64,000 bases of DNA from contig CAXXXF010000002.1 in NCBI GenBank assembly GCA_963667175.2, positions 224,001 to 288,000 on the forward strand, written 5' to 3'. Shown here one piece after another: positions 34,401 to 44,657 of this stretch (the stretch's first letter is position 1; every line of letters begins with the position of its first letter). Source of the stretch: Candidatus Latescibacterota bacterium (GTDB lineage Bacteria; Latescibacterota; UBA2968; GCA-2709665). The notes under the pieces were generated by a model. That model had not been told where the DNA came from and made no database searches. It worked only from the letters and a program-made list of their open reading frames with translations. A program made the position numbers and the translations under genes.

Positions 34401-36052
34401 CTACTTAGAAAATAACCTTTCAGATTTCGAAGAATCCTGTTGTTTTTCTTTTATTTAAGCAGCTTGTAGCGTAAGCGCAACGTTGTACCCCAACTTTTCC
34501 AGGCGATGGGAGAGCCGAGAGACAACGTCGTGTTTCTTGCGCTGATCGAAATAGTTGCTGCCCGGATCTTGATAAGGTTGTGTGTGACAGGCCATATGAT
34601 AGGCGGCTGTGAGAATGGAATGAGCCACTGCCACCAAGGCGCGTTTCTTGCCCCGTCGTGCGGCCAACCGACGATAGAGAGCGGACAGATAAGTGTCTTT
34701 GGTGCGCGAGGCCGCCCAGGCCGCCTGGACGAGGGCAAGACGCAACGCAGGATTGCCTTTGGTGGTGCGCCCCGATTGACGTTTCCCTGCGCTTTCATGG
34801 TTTCCAGGCGCTAAGCCGACCCAGGAGGCCAGATGCCGGTGGGTGGGGAAGCGGCCCATATCCACGCCCATTTCGGCCACCATAACCTCGGCCACGGTCT
34901 GGTTGACGCCAGGAATCGTATCCCACAAGGCCATGGCCTGATTGGGAAGGAGCCGAGAAGCTTGCGCAGGCTTGGACGAGGCGGCGGTTGGTGACTGCGC
35001 AGGCTTGGGCGAACCGCCCGAAGGAGGCTGCGGGTCTTTTGGGGGCACACCCATCGCCTCAATGTGTTGAGCGATCTGGTCGGACAGCTGAGAAAGTTGT
35101 GTTTCCAGAAAGTCCAGATGCACCAGCAAGTGGCTCAACAAAAAGCGATGGTGGGGTCGGAAAAAGCCGGTCAGCGCCTGCTCTAGGTCGGCCTTCTTGT
35201 TGCGCAAGCGGCCCTTGGCCAACTCCGCTAACGCTGCTGGATCTTCCTGGCCTTGGATGAGCCCTTTTAGTATGGCCCGACCCGACACGCCCAGCGTATC
35301 GCTGGCCACACTGGACAGCTTGATGTTGGCGCCCTCCAAAGCCTTCTGCACCCGATTGATCACCCGGGTGCGCTCCTGCACCAATGTGGTGCGATACCGC
35401 GTCAGATCACGCAAATCCCGCTGGAGGGCAGGGGGAATAAAGCTCGCTTTGAGCAAGCCGTGTTGCAGCAACCCGGCCAGCCACTCAGCATCCCGGACAT
35501 CGGTCTTGCGTCCTGGCACCTGTTTGACGTGCTGAGCATTGACCAGCAAGACTTCAAAGTTGGCTTCCAGCACGTTGAAGATGGGCTTCCAATACTCGCC
35601 GGTGCTTTCCATCGCCACATGGGTGCAGCCCCACTGAGAAAGCCAATCGCTCAACGCCAGCAACTGCCGGGTCATTGTGGAGAAGGTCTTTACCTCTCGC
35701 CGGCTCGGCTTTGACCCTTCGGCCTTCATCCGGCAGGCAACGACCGTCTTTTTGTGGACATCCAAACCAGCGCAACAAGGGTAGATGACATGCATCGCAG
35801 GCCTCCTGTGTCTGATCCGGCTGGTCGGGTATCTGCTGGGATAAGAGTCTACTTGGCGGGCTCTCCCTTTACAGGGGGCGACAATAATGGATACCTCCAG
35901 ATACCCAGGTCCAACTGTTTTTCAGGCTCATAGCACCATCTACAAAACGACCTTCGACCAGCCAAGGGTTATGGTGGCCAACAACTTACCACACAAGTCT
36001 GTTGACGCAACCATTTTCATCATTATGGGTGCCCCAAAGGGGCATGACAACT
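34401..36052 (-). mobile_element. IS110-family element, copy 2 (tandem)
   Basis: Offset of exactly 1650 bp from copy 1. Confidence 0.92.
34455..35795 (-). CDS. IS110-family DEDD transposase/recombinase (identical copy)
   Basis: Same 446-aa translation as 32805-34145. Confidence 0.95.
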   Translation of the reverse strand: MHVIYPCCAGLDVHKKTVVACRMKAEGSKPSRREVKTFSTMTRQLLALSDWLSQWGCTHVAMESTGEYWKPIFNVLEANFEVLLVNAQHVKQVPGRKTDVRDAEWLAGLLQHGLLKASFIPPALQRDLRDLTRYRTTLVQERTRVINRVQKALEGANIKLSSVASDTLGVSGRAILKGLIQGQEDPAALAELAKGRLRNKKADLEQALTGFFRPHHRFLLSHLLVHLDFLETQLSQLSDQIAQHIEAMGVPPKDPQPPSGGSPKPAQSPTAASSKPAQASRLLPNQAMALWDTIPGVNQTVAEVMVAEMGVDMGRFPTHRHLASWVGLAPGNHESAGKRQSGRTTKGNPALRLALVQAAWAASRTKDTYLSALYRRLAARRGKKRALVAVAHSILTAAYHMACHTQPYQDPGSNYFDQRKKHDVVSRLSHRLEKLGYNVALTLQAA

Positions 36053-36074
36053 GTTTTCCATATGCGACAAATCC

Positions 36075-36103
36075 TTGTATGCTGCACAAACTTTCACTAT
36101 CTT
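36075..36103 (+). promoter_or_regulatory. Putative cas operon promoter
   Basis: TTGTAT-17bp-TATCTT about 135 bp upstream of cas6; paralogous TTGCAT-17bp-CATATT at 32017-32045. Confidence 0.55.
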
Positions 36104-36237
36104 ATATGTGCAGCGACTAATCCAATGCGAGAGGACAAGCCCGACAGGCGCGACCTATGACAGCGCTAGATCTGAATGTTACGTTCGCTAATGATTGAAC
36201 TGGGTAAATGGCATACCGATAGAATTGGGAGAGCACA

Positions 36238-36864
36238 GTGCCGTACGTTGACCTCGCTTTTCGCCTGACCGGATCCACCGTTCCGGTTGACCATGGTTAC
36301 GCTTTGTATGCGGGTCTGAGCCGTATTCTACCTGAAATCCATGCCGCACATGCAATCGGAATTCATCCAATCCGGGGTATTTACAACGGAGCTGGAAGGC
36401 TCCAGTTGTCCGACGCGTCGCGTCTGGTCATCCGTCTGCCACACGAGGATATTCGATTATACCTGAAGCTGGCCGGGAAGAGTCTCGTGCTGGACGGTTG
36501 CAAGCTGCGCGTCGGCGTCGGCGAGACCCGAGCGCTGGTTCCGGCGGCTACATTGTACTGCCGGATTGCCACCACCAGGAATGGCAACGATTCGGCTCGC
36601 TTTGATTCTGAAGTCGCCCGGCAGTTAGCTGCCCTCGGCATTCGCGGTAAGGTCTTCCGCGAACCGGAGGGTTCCGGGGGAAGTGATGGCCGCGACCCGA
36701 GTCGCCGCATTTTCCGCGTCAAAAGCAAGCGAATCGTCGGCTACTCAGTACTGGCGACGGAACTGACGGCTGAGGAATCCATCCTGTTGCAGGAGCGTGG
36801 GCTCGGTGGGCGGCGGCGGATGGGGTGTGGAGTTTTTGTGCCGACAGGAGGCACGAACACATGA
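36238..36864 (+). CDS. cas6: Cas6 (I-MYXAN Cmx6-type) endoribonuclease
   Basis: VPVDHGYALY; G-rich loop GLGGRRRMGCGVF. Confidence 0.93.
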   Translation: MPYVDLAFRLTGSTVPVDHGYALYAGLSRILPEIHAAHAIGIHPIRGIYNGAGRLQLSDASRLVIRLPHEDIRLYLKLAGKSLVLDGCKLRVGVGETRALVPAATLYCRIATTRNGNDSARFDSEVARQLAALGIRGKVFREPEGSGGSDGRDPSRRIFRVKSKRIVGYSVLATELTAEESILLQERGLGGRRRMGCGVFVPTGGTNT

Positions 36865-39251
36865 CTGATATATTGCTCGCGAAATCACGTAACGAAAAGA
36901 ACGGCCAAGACGCGGTTTCTCTGCTAGAACACTCGAAGGCTGTCTTGGCGGCAGCCCGTGCGATACTCGACGAAGTCGGAGAATTTCTTCCTGCGGAATT
37001 AGCCAAATCCGATCTGAGGCACCTCGTCCTCTCGGGAGCAGTCCTGCACGATATCGGCAAGGCGAACGGTATTTTTCAAGGCAAACTTCATCCTCGACGA
37101 GAAGTGTTCCCGCCGATTCCATGGCATCAACGGCAACCGCTTCGGCATGAAGGACTCAGTGCATTGATTATCGCTGGATATGTCAAGGCCGCTGAGGAGT
37201 TTTCCGATCAGTTGGCAACGAAGTTTTTTAGTGAGTGTGAGAATCCCGAGATAGCCCGATGGATGTTAGCTTGGCTGGTCGGTGGGCATCACCTCCAGAT
37301 GCACCATGCCGAGGATGACTCGGCTGGCTTGGTTCGCATCAGCGGTATTGGTTCCGAGCGCATCCGGTTTCACGGTGATCTTCTGGGAAAGGAGTGGCAA
37401 CAGGAATTCCCTGATGTATTGCCGGACGCGTTCTGCTTACCAGATTTCGTCATTTCTACGGATATAGGTGAAGATGATAATCACCATGCCGCCTTGATGG
37501 ACAATTTCGCGTGGGAGTCGGAGGAGGAGGCCGAATCTCTGTCTTCTGATGACCTGCTCTTACTGGCGTTTGCCAAGGCGATCCTCATTGCGGCGGACGT
37601 AGCTGGCTCTGCCCTGTGGGATGATGGGGGCGATGAAATCACCCGATTGGAAAGATGTGTGCGATCATCGCTACGAAATCATTGTAAGCAAGAGCACTTG
37701 AAAGCAATTGTACGCACCCGGCTCAAGGTTGGAGGAAACGCCGACTACGAGACGAGCCTTTATCCATTTCAGCGTCACGTCCGAGCTGCGCGTAAACCCC
37801 GCGTCGTTCTAGAGGCTGCCTGCGGCGGCGGTAAGACCATCGCAGCCTATGAATGGGCGCACCAGTACGCCGATGCCGAACGCAAGTTAATTATCTGTTA
37901 TCCGACCACCGGCACGGCGGCGGCAGGATTTGACGACTATCTGTTTGTACAGGATGAATTAGAGCGCGATCTAATATCCAGCCGCGCCAGTGTGGATATC
38001 CTGCGAATGCTAGCCAATGAGCCGGAAGCAGCCGACGGAGTACATCGCGAGTTACGCCACCCCAACCGCGACCAAGATTTGGAAAACTTGATGAAGCAGG
38101 AATCGCTGCAAGCATGGGGTCAGCAAGCCATTGCCGCGACAGCCGATTTCGCTCTAGGACTCATGCAAAACCACCGGCGCGGCCTATTCAGTTTTCCGGC
38201 CATCCTCAAGAGCGCCATAGTTTTCGATGAAATTCATAGCTATGACGCCAAAATGTTCGGCTCTCTAGTGCGATTTTTGCAGACGTTTCCGCAGATTCCG
38301 GCATTACTGATGACAGCGTCGTTGCAACCGTCTCGGCGCGAAGCGTTGGATTCGGCGGGTGTGGACTACGAGCTCATTCCTGGCGACGACGATATGGAAA
38401 GAGCTGATCGGTATCGCCTAAAATGGCACGAAAAAGACAAAAAACAGTCTGATGTCCCAGATAAGTACTGGGAGGCTGTCAAGGACACGCTCGATAACGA
38501 CGGCAAGGTGTTGTGGGTATGCAATACCGTTGCCGATGCCACCTGCATTTACGACGAGGCGGAGCAGTTTGGCAACGGTGTGAAACGCATCCTGTTCCAC
38601 AGCCGCTTTTGCTATCGCCATCGCGTGAACCGCCAAAACGAGATATTGGCAGCCTTCAACGAGGATAAGGCACCGTGCTTGGCAGTGACGACGCAGGTGT
38701 GCGAAATGTCTTTGGACATCAGCGCGGACTTACTGGTGACAGCCCTCCCGCCGTTTCCAGCCCTAGTCCAACGGATGGGACGATTGAACCGCCGGTTCCC
38801 CCCGGAAAATCCAAACGGTGCTCAATGCTTGGTCTATGACTACGACGGCATGGATGGTCGTCCTTACCTCGTTGCGGACCTGAAAGCGGCCCGTGAGGCC
38901 GTCAAGAAACTCGCCGAAAAGCACCGCGCCCTCTCCCAACGCGATCTCAAGAACGCGCTGGACGAAATGCCGGAAGAGGTTGACGACATCAAGTTCCATT
39001 CCTCGTGGCTGGACGGCGGATGGGAGAGTAAGCCGTCAACACTACGCGAGGGGGACGCTACCGTGCCCGTTCTGCTGGCGCAGCACGAGGATGCAATTCG
39101 CGAGCGTATCGACGAGATTGGCAAAAACACGGCCATCAAGGAATGGTTGGTTCCGATTCTGGCCAGCAAGCAAATCGGTCGTGTCGGCAGCATCGGCGGT
39201 TATCCGCTGGTGTCCGGTGTGGAGTACGACGAGGAAAAAGGCGCGAGATGA
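36861..39251 (+). CDS. cas3: Cas3 HD nuclease-helicase
   Basis: LHDIGKA, LRHE, GHH, AAD; ACGGGKT, DEIH, MTAS, QRMGRLNR. Confidence 0.95.
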   Translation: MTDILLAKSRNEKNGQDAVSLLEHSKAVLAAARAILDEVGEFLPAELAKSDLRHLVLSGAVLHDIGKANGIFQGKLHPRREVFPPIPWHQRQPLRHEGLSALIIAGYVKAAEEFSDQLATKFFSECENPEIARWMLAWLVGGHHLQMHHAEDDSAGLVRISGIGSERIRFHGDLLGKEWQQEFPDVLPDAFCLPDFVISTDIGEDDNHHAALMDNFAWESEEEAESLSSDDLLLLAFAKAILIAADVAGSALWDDGGDEITRLERCVRSSLRNHCKQEHLKAIVRTRLKVGGNADYETSLYPFQRHVRAARKPRVVLEAACGGGKTIAAYEWAHQYADAERKLIICYPTTGTAAAGFDDYLFVQDELERDLISSRASVDILRMLANEPEAADGVHRELRHPNRDQDLENLMKQESLQAWGQQAIAATADFALGLMQNHRRGLFSFPAILKSAIVFDEIHSYDAKMFGSLVRFLQTFPQIPALLMTASLQPSRREALDSAGVDYELIPGDDDMERADRYRLKWHEKDKKQSDVPDKYWEAVKDTLDNDGKVLWVCNTVADATCIYDEAEQFGNGVKRILFHSRFCYRHRVNRQNEILAAFNEDKAPCLAVTTQVCEMSLDISADLLVTALPPFPALVQRMGRLNRRFPPENPNGAQCLVYDYDGMDGRPYLVADLKAAREAVKKLAEKHRALSQRDLKNALDEMPEEVDDIKFHSSWLDGGWESKPSTLREGDATVPVLLAQHEDAIRERIDEIGKNTAIKEWLVPILASKQIGRVGSIGGYPLVSGVEYDEEKGAR

Positions 39252-41077
39252 GCGATAAGAAAAAAAAGGCAAGAAGTACGGGGGTGACTTTCCGTTTGAA
39301 CGAGCCGGGCATGGGAGAGCATGAGCGTGTGGGCTTGGCGGGATTGTGCCTGAGCTTGACCGCAGCAATGGCGTGGGAAAAGCAAGGGCGGACATTGCCG
39401 TTGCCCAAGACCGTCGAAAAGAGTCTGGATAGATTGCGCGAGACGATAAGCAATTTGGATGCCCCCAATTTTCCTTTTATGGAAGACGGCTTGGGAATCT
39501 GTCTGGAATGGAGCGAAGGCAACGAAAAAGCCGCACTGGAGGCCGTCGTCAAATGGGCGTGGCAAGTCCATGATGGAGTATTTTTTCTTCCCGGCGTTCA
39601 CCGCAAGCGCGAGCATCTGGATTGCTACCATCTGCGGCTGCATGTCCACAATGGCCTATTGGGGACCTTTTTTCAGTTCCCAAGGACGATCAAGAAGGAG
39701 AAAGACCCTGAGCGGAAAGTCGTGCGCTTCGATGAGGAGAAAACTTTTTCAGTGTCATATCGCCGCATCGCGGCTGATGCAAAATTGCCCCAGCACAATG
39801 CTGTCCCCAAAAAGGGCATTTGTGGTAATGATACAGTAAAGGCAATGTCCTCTTGGATTTATCCGGGATCAGAACCTCGCTTCAACAACAATCCGACAAG
39901 TATTCAACGGGAAACAGGATGGCGCGGTCCAGCACGGTTCGCCTATCTAATGTTGTTCGCACCTATCGCCTGTCACTATATCAAGCTGCCGCGTTCCAGT
40001 GCCGATAATTGGGCATATATGGTTCCAAGCGTGGAGAACCTGCGGGGATATCAGCGCGATTTTATGCGCCGAAACATGGTCAACTTCGGGAACTGGCCTT
40101 TTTACGGCGAGGTCGCCGGGCTAGAGGATGCCACCTTGCGCTATGCGACGAGAAACAATGCGAGTGATCAGTCTGTGACGGTCGTCATGGGGAAAGCCAG
40201 TTTCTACCATGCTCAACAGAAGACTCGGAAAAACCTGTGGCGTGAAATAATCGTCTCTGACGAAATGCCGCCGCCGTTTTGGCGCTATGACATTTTCAAC
40301 CGCGTTTTTCCGGCTGGCAACATGGCCCGGCCGACCCGTAAACCAAAACCCGAAGAAAGCGACCAGAAAGGCAATCATTTCATTACGCTACCGAATTGCC
40401 GAGAGCGGATTACGGCCAATATCCTGCGCGGCAATCCGTGGTACGCTGACTTGGCGTATATTCCGTTCTGGCAGAGTGACCAAGTGGCCGACGAACGCAA
40501 GAGGACCAAAGATTCGATCTCTGCAGAAAGGCTATGGCTCCGCAAACTTCAATTTGAGAGGAAACAGCTTATGTCAATTGCCGACGAGGAAAGGATGTGG
40601 GACGACCCGCACGAAAAGGACATGCTTGAGGCTTTTCGCAGAGCGCTCTGGCGGCTTTGGAATCGGGAAGCTAAAGGTTTGGAAAGGGGTGGAAGCCGGG
40701 ATCTGTCCAAACGCTGGGATAACACGGCGGATAAATGGCACCGCCGACTCCTCCACGCCAAGACTAAGCTGTTGTTGGCCACAGTGGTCCACGAACTGCT
40801 TGCACAGGCAGCGAGAAGCCCCAATCGGAGGGGGGGGGACATAGGCGGCCCCGCATTCTTGCTGCCCAAAACTAGCGAAGATGAGAGCGATGAATCTCGC
40901 CGCGCACGAAACGACGCCTTTCAGGCTGAATTCCGCCGTATGGTGAATCATCCCAGTGACTGGAAGAAGGTTCGCGACTTGGCACTCTTGGCGTTGACGA
41001 CCTTTACAGCCCCGCGCATCGGTAGCGGCAAAGACAATCAATCCACCGAAGGAAACGGAAAGGAAGCCAACCAATGA
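39248..41077 (+). CDS. cas8: Cas8 large subunit (Cmx8/Cas8a1-like)
   Basis: Lies between cas3 and cas7; ERVGLAGL, LFAPIAC, W.KVRDLALLAL motifs. Confidence 0.85.
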   Translation: MSDKKKKARSTGVTFRLNEPGMGEHERVGLAGLCLSLTAAMAWEKQGRTLPLPKTVEKSLDRLRETISNLDAPNFPFMEDGLGICLEWSEGNEKAALEAVVKWAWQVHDGVFFLPGVHRKREHLDCYHLRLHVHNGLLGTFFQFPRTIKKEKDPERKVVRFDEEKTFSVSYRRIAADAKLPQHNAVPKKGICGNDTVKAMSSWIYPGSEPRFNNNPTSIQRETGWRGPARFAYLMLFAPIACHYIKLPRSSADNWAYMVPSVENLRGYQRDFMRRNMVNFGNWPFYGEVAGLEDATLRYATRNNASDQSVTVVMGKASFYHAQQKTRKNLWREIIVSDEMPPPFWRYDIFNRVFPAGNMARPTRKPKPEESDQKGNHFITLPNCRERITANILRGNPWYADLAYIPFWQSDQVADERKRTKDSISAERLWLRKLQFERKQLMSIADEERMWDDPHEKDMLEAFRRALWRLWNREAKGLERGGSRDLSKRWDNTADKWHRRLLHAKTKLLLATVVHELLAQAARSPNRRGGDIGGPAFLLPKTSEDESDESRRARNDAFQAEFRRMVNHPSDWKKVRDLALLALTTFTAPRIGSGKDNQSTEGNGKEANQ

Positions 41078-42003
41078 CGATTCACATATTCGGGATGGCG
41101 CTCACACACGAGGGCACCTTCTCCAACAATCGAGGCGAAAACGAGGGCAATACCAACACCCTCCAGAAAGTCATTCGCAACGGCGACTTGTTCTCCACCG
41201 TCTCGGCAGAGGCAATCCGCTATGCTTTGCGCGATGGCTGGCAGCAAGCTGGCGAAACACTGAACCGAAAGACGCTCGATCATCGCGCTGTCGAATACAC
41301 TGACCGCGAATTTGCTGATGGTAATTGGTCAAATCGTCTTGACGATGATGTTCTTGGATTTATGCACGCAAAGAACGATACTGTCAGCCGGCGCGCGCCA
41401 CTGGAAGTGACTCGCGCCATTTCGGTAACGCCATGGACCGGAGAGACCATTCACAATTTCGCCTCTCCCGGCTCCAATCCGGCGAGACCAGATGACAATG
41501 ACCCAATCCCGTATTCGGTGGAGGTCCACCACACTCGCTATCAGTTCGGATTCGCCTTAACTCCCGATTCTTTGGGTCGGGAAAGGAATGACGCCGATAG
41601 CGCACACGACAATGATGAAAGGATCAGGCGTATTGATGCAACGCTGAATGGCCTCGCTAGCCTGCGGCGAGTCGGCGGCGCACATGCCCGCTATTTCGCC
41701 GACTACTCCCCGGAAATTCTCATCCTTCGCGTAACCACCGATCCCGCGCCGCGTATGCTCTATTGCTTTGAGCAACATGAGGGAAGTGGGAAAATCAGCG
41801 TCTGCGCCCTAAAAAAGAAGCTCGGCAGGGATATCGATCCCAAAGAATTGATTGTTGGCGCGGCAATCGACATCTCTGGGTTGAGTGATTTGGAAAGGGA
41901 CGATGGCGGACAAATCACCGGCGAGAGTCCATGGAATGGCGCAACCTTGACCGACGGTGTGAAAGATGCGGTCAAGAAATGCGTCGAGCGTTTGAAAGGC
42001 TAG
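41074..42003 (+). CDS. cas7: Cas7 (DevR-like)
   Basis: NNRGENEGNTNTLQK, VSAEAIRYALR, DDDVLGFM, HTRYQFGF. Confidence 0.92.
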   Translation: MTIHIFGMALTHEGTFSNNRGENEGNTNTLQKVIRNGDLFSTVSAEAIRYALRDGWQQAGETLNRKTLDHRAVEYTDREFADGNWSNRLDDDVLGFMHAKNDTVSRRAPLEVTRAISVTPWTGETIHNFASPGSNPARPDDNDPIPYSVEVHHTRYQFGFALTPDSLGRERNDADSAHDNDERIRRIDATLNGLASLRRVGGAHARYFADYSPEILILRVTTDPAPRMLYCFEQHEGSGKISVCALKKKLGRDIDPKELIVGAAIDISGLSDLERDDGGQITGESPWNGATLTDGVKDAVKKCVERLKG

Positions 42004-42008
42004 GCACA

Positions 42009-42701
42009 GTGACCGATGTGACTTCGGTGGAAAGCGCTATCCTCGTCCTGCGAGTGGATGTCCCGATGATGGGTCTGCGCCCGATGTGGGCGCGGGAGTA
42101 CCAAGAGACCTACCCCGCGCCGCCGCCCTCTACAATCTACGGCATGTTGCTTTCACTCGTTGGCGTTGAACGCCATAGAAAAGACAGGCACGTCGGTTTA
42201 CGCATTGCGCTCGCCCTAGCCGAAAATACAAAGGAGTCACTTTGGCAAAGGCGAGAAAAGGGGCGCATTTTCCGCAAGTTTCGTCGGGTGGCGCAAGCTA
42301 AGAAAAACGCGGATCCGCTGGCCGACCGTCGTCCAGACTACCAAGAGTTATTGCTTGGCTTGGAGTTCTGGCTGTGGATTGACGACTCGCAGGCGAGTCA
42401 CCCGCTATGCGATGAAATCCGCAAGGCGCTAGACCCTGAAAAGCGCGACGAAATCGTCCGCCACGGCGCACTATGCCTCGGCGAGTCCTCGCACATGGTC
42501 AATGAAGTCACGAAAGATCGCCCACATGGAAAAGGGAGCTTTGTGGCCCCGTGCGAAAAGGGGTTTCTTTCCATGCCGGTCTGGAGCGATTACAAAGAGA
42601 ATCGGCCTACCGTGCTCAATTTCGAGATTCGCGAGCCGGAGGAATTGACTGACAACCCACCCCCCGACTGCTGGATCACCGTTGCTCCGCGTGACGGGTA
42701 A
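42009..42701 (+). CDS. cas5: Cas5 (DevS-like)
   Basis: AREYQETYPAPPPSTIYGMLLSLVG, PDYQELL, LCLGESSHMVN. Confidence 0.92.
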   Translation: MTDVTSVESAILVLRVDVPMMGLRPMWAREYQETYPAPPPSTIYGMLLSLVGVERHRKDRHVGLRIALALAENTKESLWQRREKGRIFRKFRRVAQAKKNADPLADRRPDYQELLLGLEFWLWIDDSQASHPLCDEIRKALDPEKRDEIVRHGALCLGESSHMVNEVTKDRPHGKGSFVAPCEKGFLSMPVWSDYKENRPTVLNFEIREPEELTDNPPPDCWITVAPRDG

Positions 42702-42705
42702 TTCT

Positions 42706-44376
42706 ATGAACGACACTTCCTCCACTTCATCCGCTGACCGTGACGATCATCCGATCATCCGCGTCATGGCGTTACATGCACTCGCTTACTGCGAGCGCCT
42801 TTTCTACCTGGAAGAGATCGAAGAAATCCGCGTTGCCGACCACCGCGTCCACGCCGGGCGCACCCTGCATGACTCCGAAGTAGATAAGAATCGCGAGTGG
42901 CAAAGTCTGGAGCTTTCCAGCGAGGTATGGGGCATTCGCGGCAAGGTGGATTTCGCCCGCTACCGCGACGGGCGACTCGTTGCGGTTGAGCACAAGAAGG
43001 GCCGTTCCAAAGGCGACGACGCTTGGGATAGCGACAAGCTCCAAGTTACCGCTTACGCCGTGCTCCTCTCCGAGCATTTCGGCAGGCCGGTTCCCGAAGG
43101 GCGCGTACGCTATCACGCCAGCAACAAGACGGTGCGCGTGGCCGTGGACGATACGGCCCTTGAGCGGTTGCGGCTCGCCGTGGCCCGTGCGCGGGAATTG
43201 TCGCTTTCCTTGGAACGTCCGCCGGTGACGGACAATGAAAACCTGTGCGCCAAGTGCTCGCTCGCGCCGGTGTGCTTGCCGGAGGAGTCGCGCTTGGCAG
43301 CCGTTGTTGATGCGGCTGACGATACCGCCAGCCTCTCGAAACCGCGACGCCTTTTTCCGAAAGACGACACACGGCGTGTTCTGCATGTGGTGGACCGAGA
43401 CGCGCAGGTCAGGCGTGCTGGTCTACAGTTCGTGGTCCGCAATTCCAAGGGTGAAGAAAGGAAGTTTCCCGGCATGGACGTCGGCGCCGTCATTCTGCAC
43501 GGAAGCGCGCAGATTACCTCTCAGGCCATTCAATTTGCCGCGGCTAACGACATCGCCGTGCACTGGATCAGCGGCGGTGGATGGTACGTCGGAGGCGTCG
43601 CGCCGCCCGCGGGCGCCCAGCGCCGTTTGCGCCAATATCAAGCATTGCAGGAAAGCGATTTGCGGTTGCGCCTCGCCCGTCGCCTGGCGGCGGCCAAAAT
43701 CGAAAACCAATTGCGTTTCATCAGTCGCCAGTCGCGCACTCGAAACGCACGCGATAAGGTAAAGTCCTATCTAAACGCCATGCGCAACGAGCTTCGGGAC
43801 GTGGGTGGTTGCACGGACCCAGGCGCTCTGCGCGGCTGCGAGGGCATTGCGGCCCGCAATTACTTTTCGGCTCTTGCCGAATTGCTGGATCCGGGGGAAG
43901 AGTCCATGGCGTTCTCTGGTCGCAGCCGTCGTCCGCCGCTCGACGGCTTCAACGCCGCACTTTCTTTTGGTTACGGCTTGCTATACAGGGAAGTCATGGC
44001 CGCGATCATTGCGGTCGGGCTGGATTCCACGATCGGGTTTTTTCACGCGGCACGCACCGCGGCCCATCCGCTGGCGCTGGATGTAATGGAGCTGTTTCGC
44101 ACGACGCTGTGGGACATGCCTCTGGTGGCGTCCGTCAACAGACGGCAATGGACCGAGGAGCATCTCGCGGTGAGCAAGAAGCAAGTGTGGCTTTCCGATG
44201 AGGGCAAGCGTTTGGCCGTACGTCTCTTTGAGCAACGAAAGCAGGAATCCTGGAAACACCCTGTGTTACAATATTCCCTGAGTTATGCTCGTGCCATTGA
44301 ACTGGAGGCGCGGCTTTTGGAAAAGGAATGGAATGGCGAGGAAGGGCTGTTTGCCCGTATGCGCCTGCGAGGATGA
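42706..44376 (+). CDS. cas1: Cas4-Cas1 fusion
   Basis: YCERLFYLE, GKVD, EHKKG, C..CSL..VCLP (Cas4); EG.AA..YF, RRPP.D..NA.LSFGY, LALDVMELFR (Cas1). Confidence 0.95.
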   Translation: MNDTSSTSSADRDDHPIIRVMALHALAYCERLFYLEEIEEIRVADHRVHAGRTLHDSEVDKNREWQSLELSSEVWGIRGKVDFARYRDGRLVAVEHKKGRSKGDDAWDSDKLQVTAYAVLLSEHFGRPVPEGRVRYHASNKTVRVAVDDTALERLRLAVARARELSLSLERPPVTDNENLCAKCSLAPVCLPEESRLAAVVDAADDTASLSKPRRLFPKDDTRRVLHVVDRDAQVRRAGLQFVVRNSKGEERKFPGMDVGAVILHGSAQITSQAIQFAAANDIAVHWISGGGWYVGGVAPPAGAQRRLRQYQALQESDLRLRLARRLAAAKIENQLRFISRQSRTRNARDKVKSYLNAMRNELRDVGGCTDPGALRGCEGIAARNYFSALAELLDPGEESMAFSGRSRRPPLDGFNAALSFGYGLLYREVMAAIIAVGLDSTIGFFHAARTAAHPLALDVMELFRTTLWDMPLVASVNRRQWTEEHLAVSKKQVWLSDEGKRLAVRLFEQRKQESWKHPVLQYSLSYARAIELEARLLEKEWNGEEGLFARMRLRG

Positions 44377-44657
44377 GCGAACGACACTGGTATCTCTTCA
44401 GTTACGATATCCGCGAACCCAAACGGTGGCGTCGTGTGCACAAGATTGTAAACGGATATGGGGAGCGGTTGCAGTATTCGGTATACCGATGTCACTTGAC
44501 GCGGGCACAGATGGAACAGGCGAGGCATGAGCTGGAGAAGGTGATGGGGGAAGACGACGACCTACTTGTGATTCGACTCTCCCATCGCTGCAAGATCGTC
44601 GAGCGGACCGAAAGCAGAACGTGGACGGAGCCGCCGCCCAGGTTCGATATCCTTTAG
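44373..44657 (+). CDS. cas2: Cas2
   Basis: YLFSYDIREPKRWR, GERLQYSVY. Confidence 0.95.
   Translation: MSERHWYLFSYDIREPKRWRRVHKIVNGYGERLQYSVYRCHLTRAQMEQARHELEKVMGEDDDLLVIRLSHRCKIVERTESRTWTEPPPRFDIL

Larger units (their letters stand above)
32751..34402 (-). mobile_element. IS110-family element, copy 1 (1650-bp unit)
   Basis: Appears identical to 34401-36052; core CT (+ strand) at 32751, 34401 and 36051; no obvious terminal inverted repeats. Confidence 0.92.

Noticed and set aside
36238-44657. CRISPR-associated transposon (CAST) interpretation
   Set aside because: Cas3 and the adaptation genes are intact and there is no tnsABC or tniQ; the IS110 has its own target logic.
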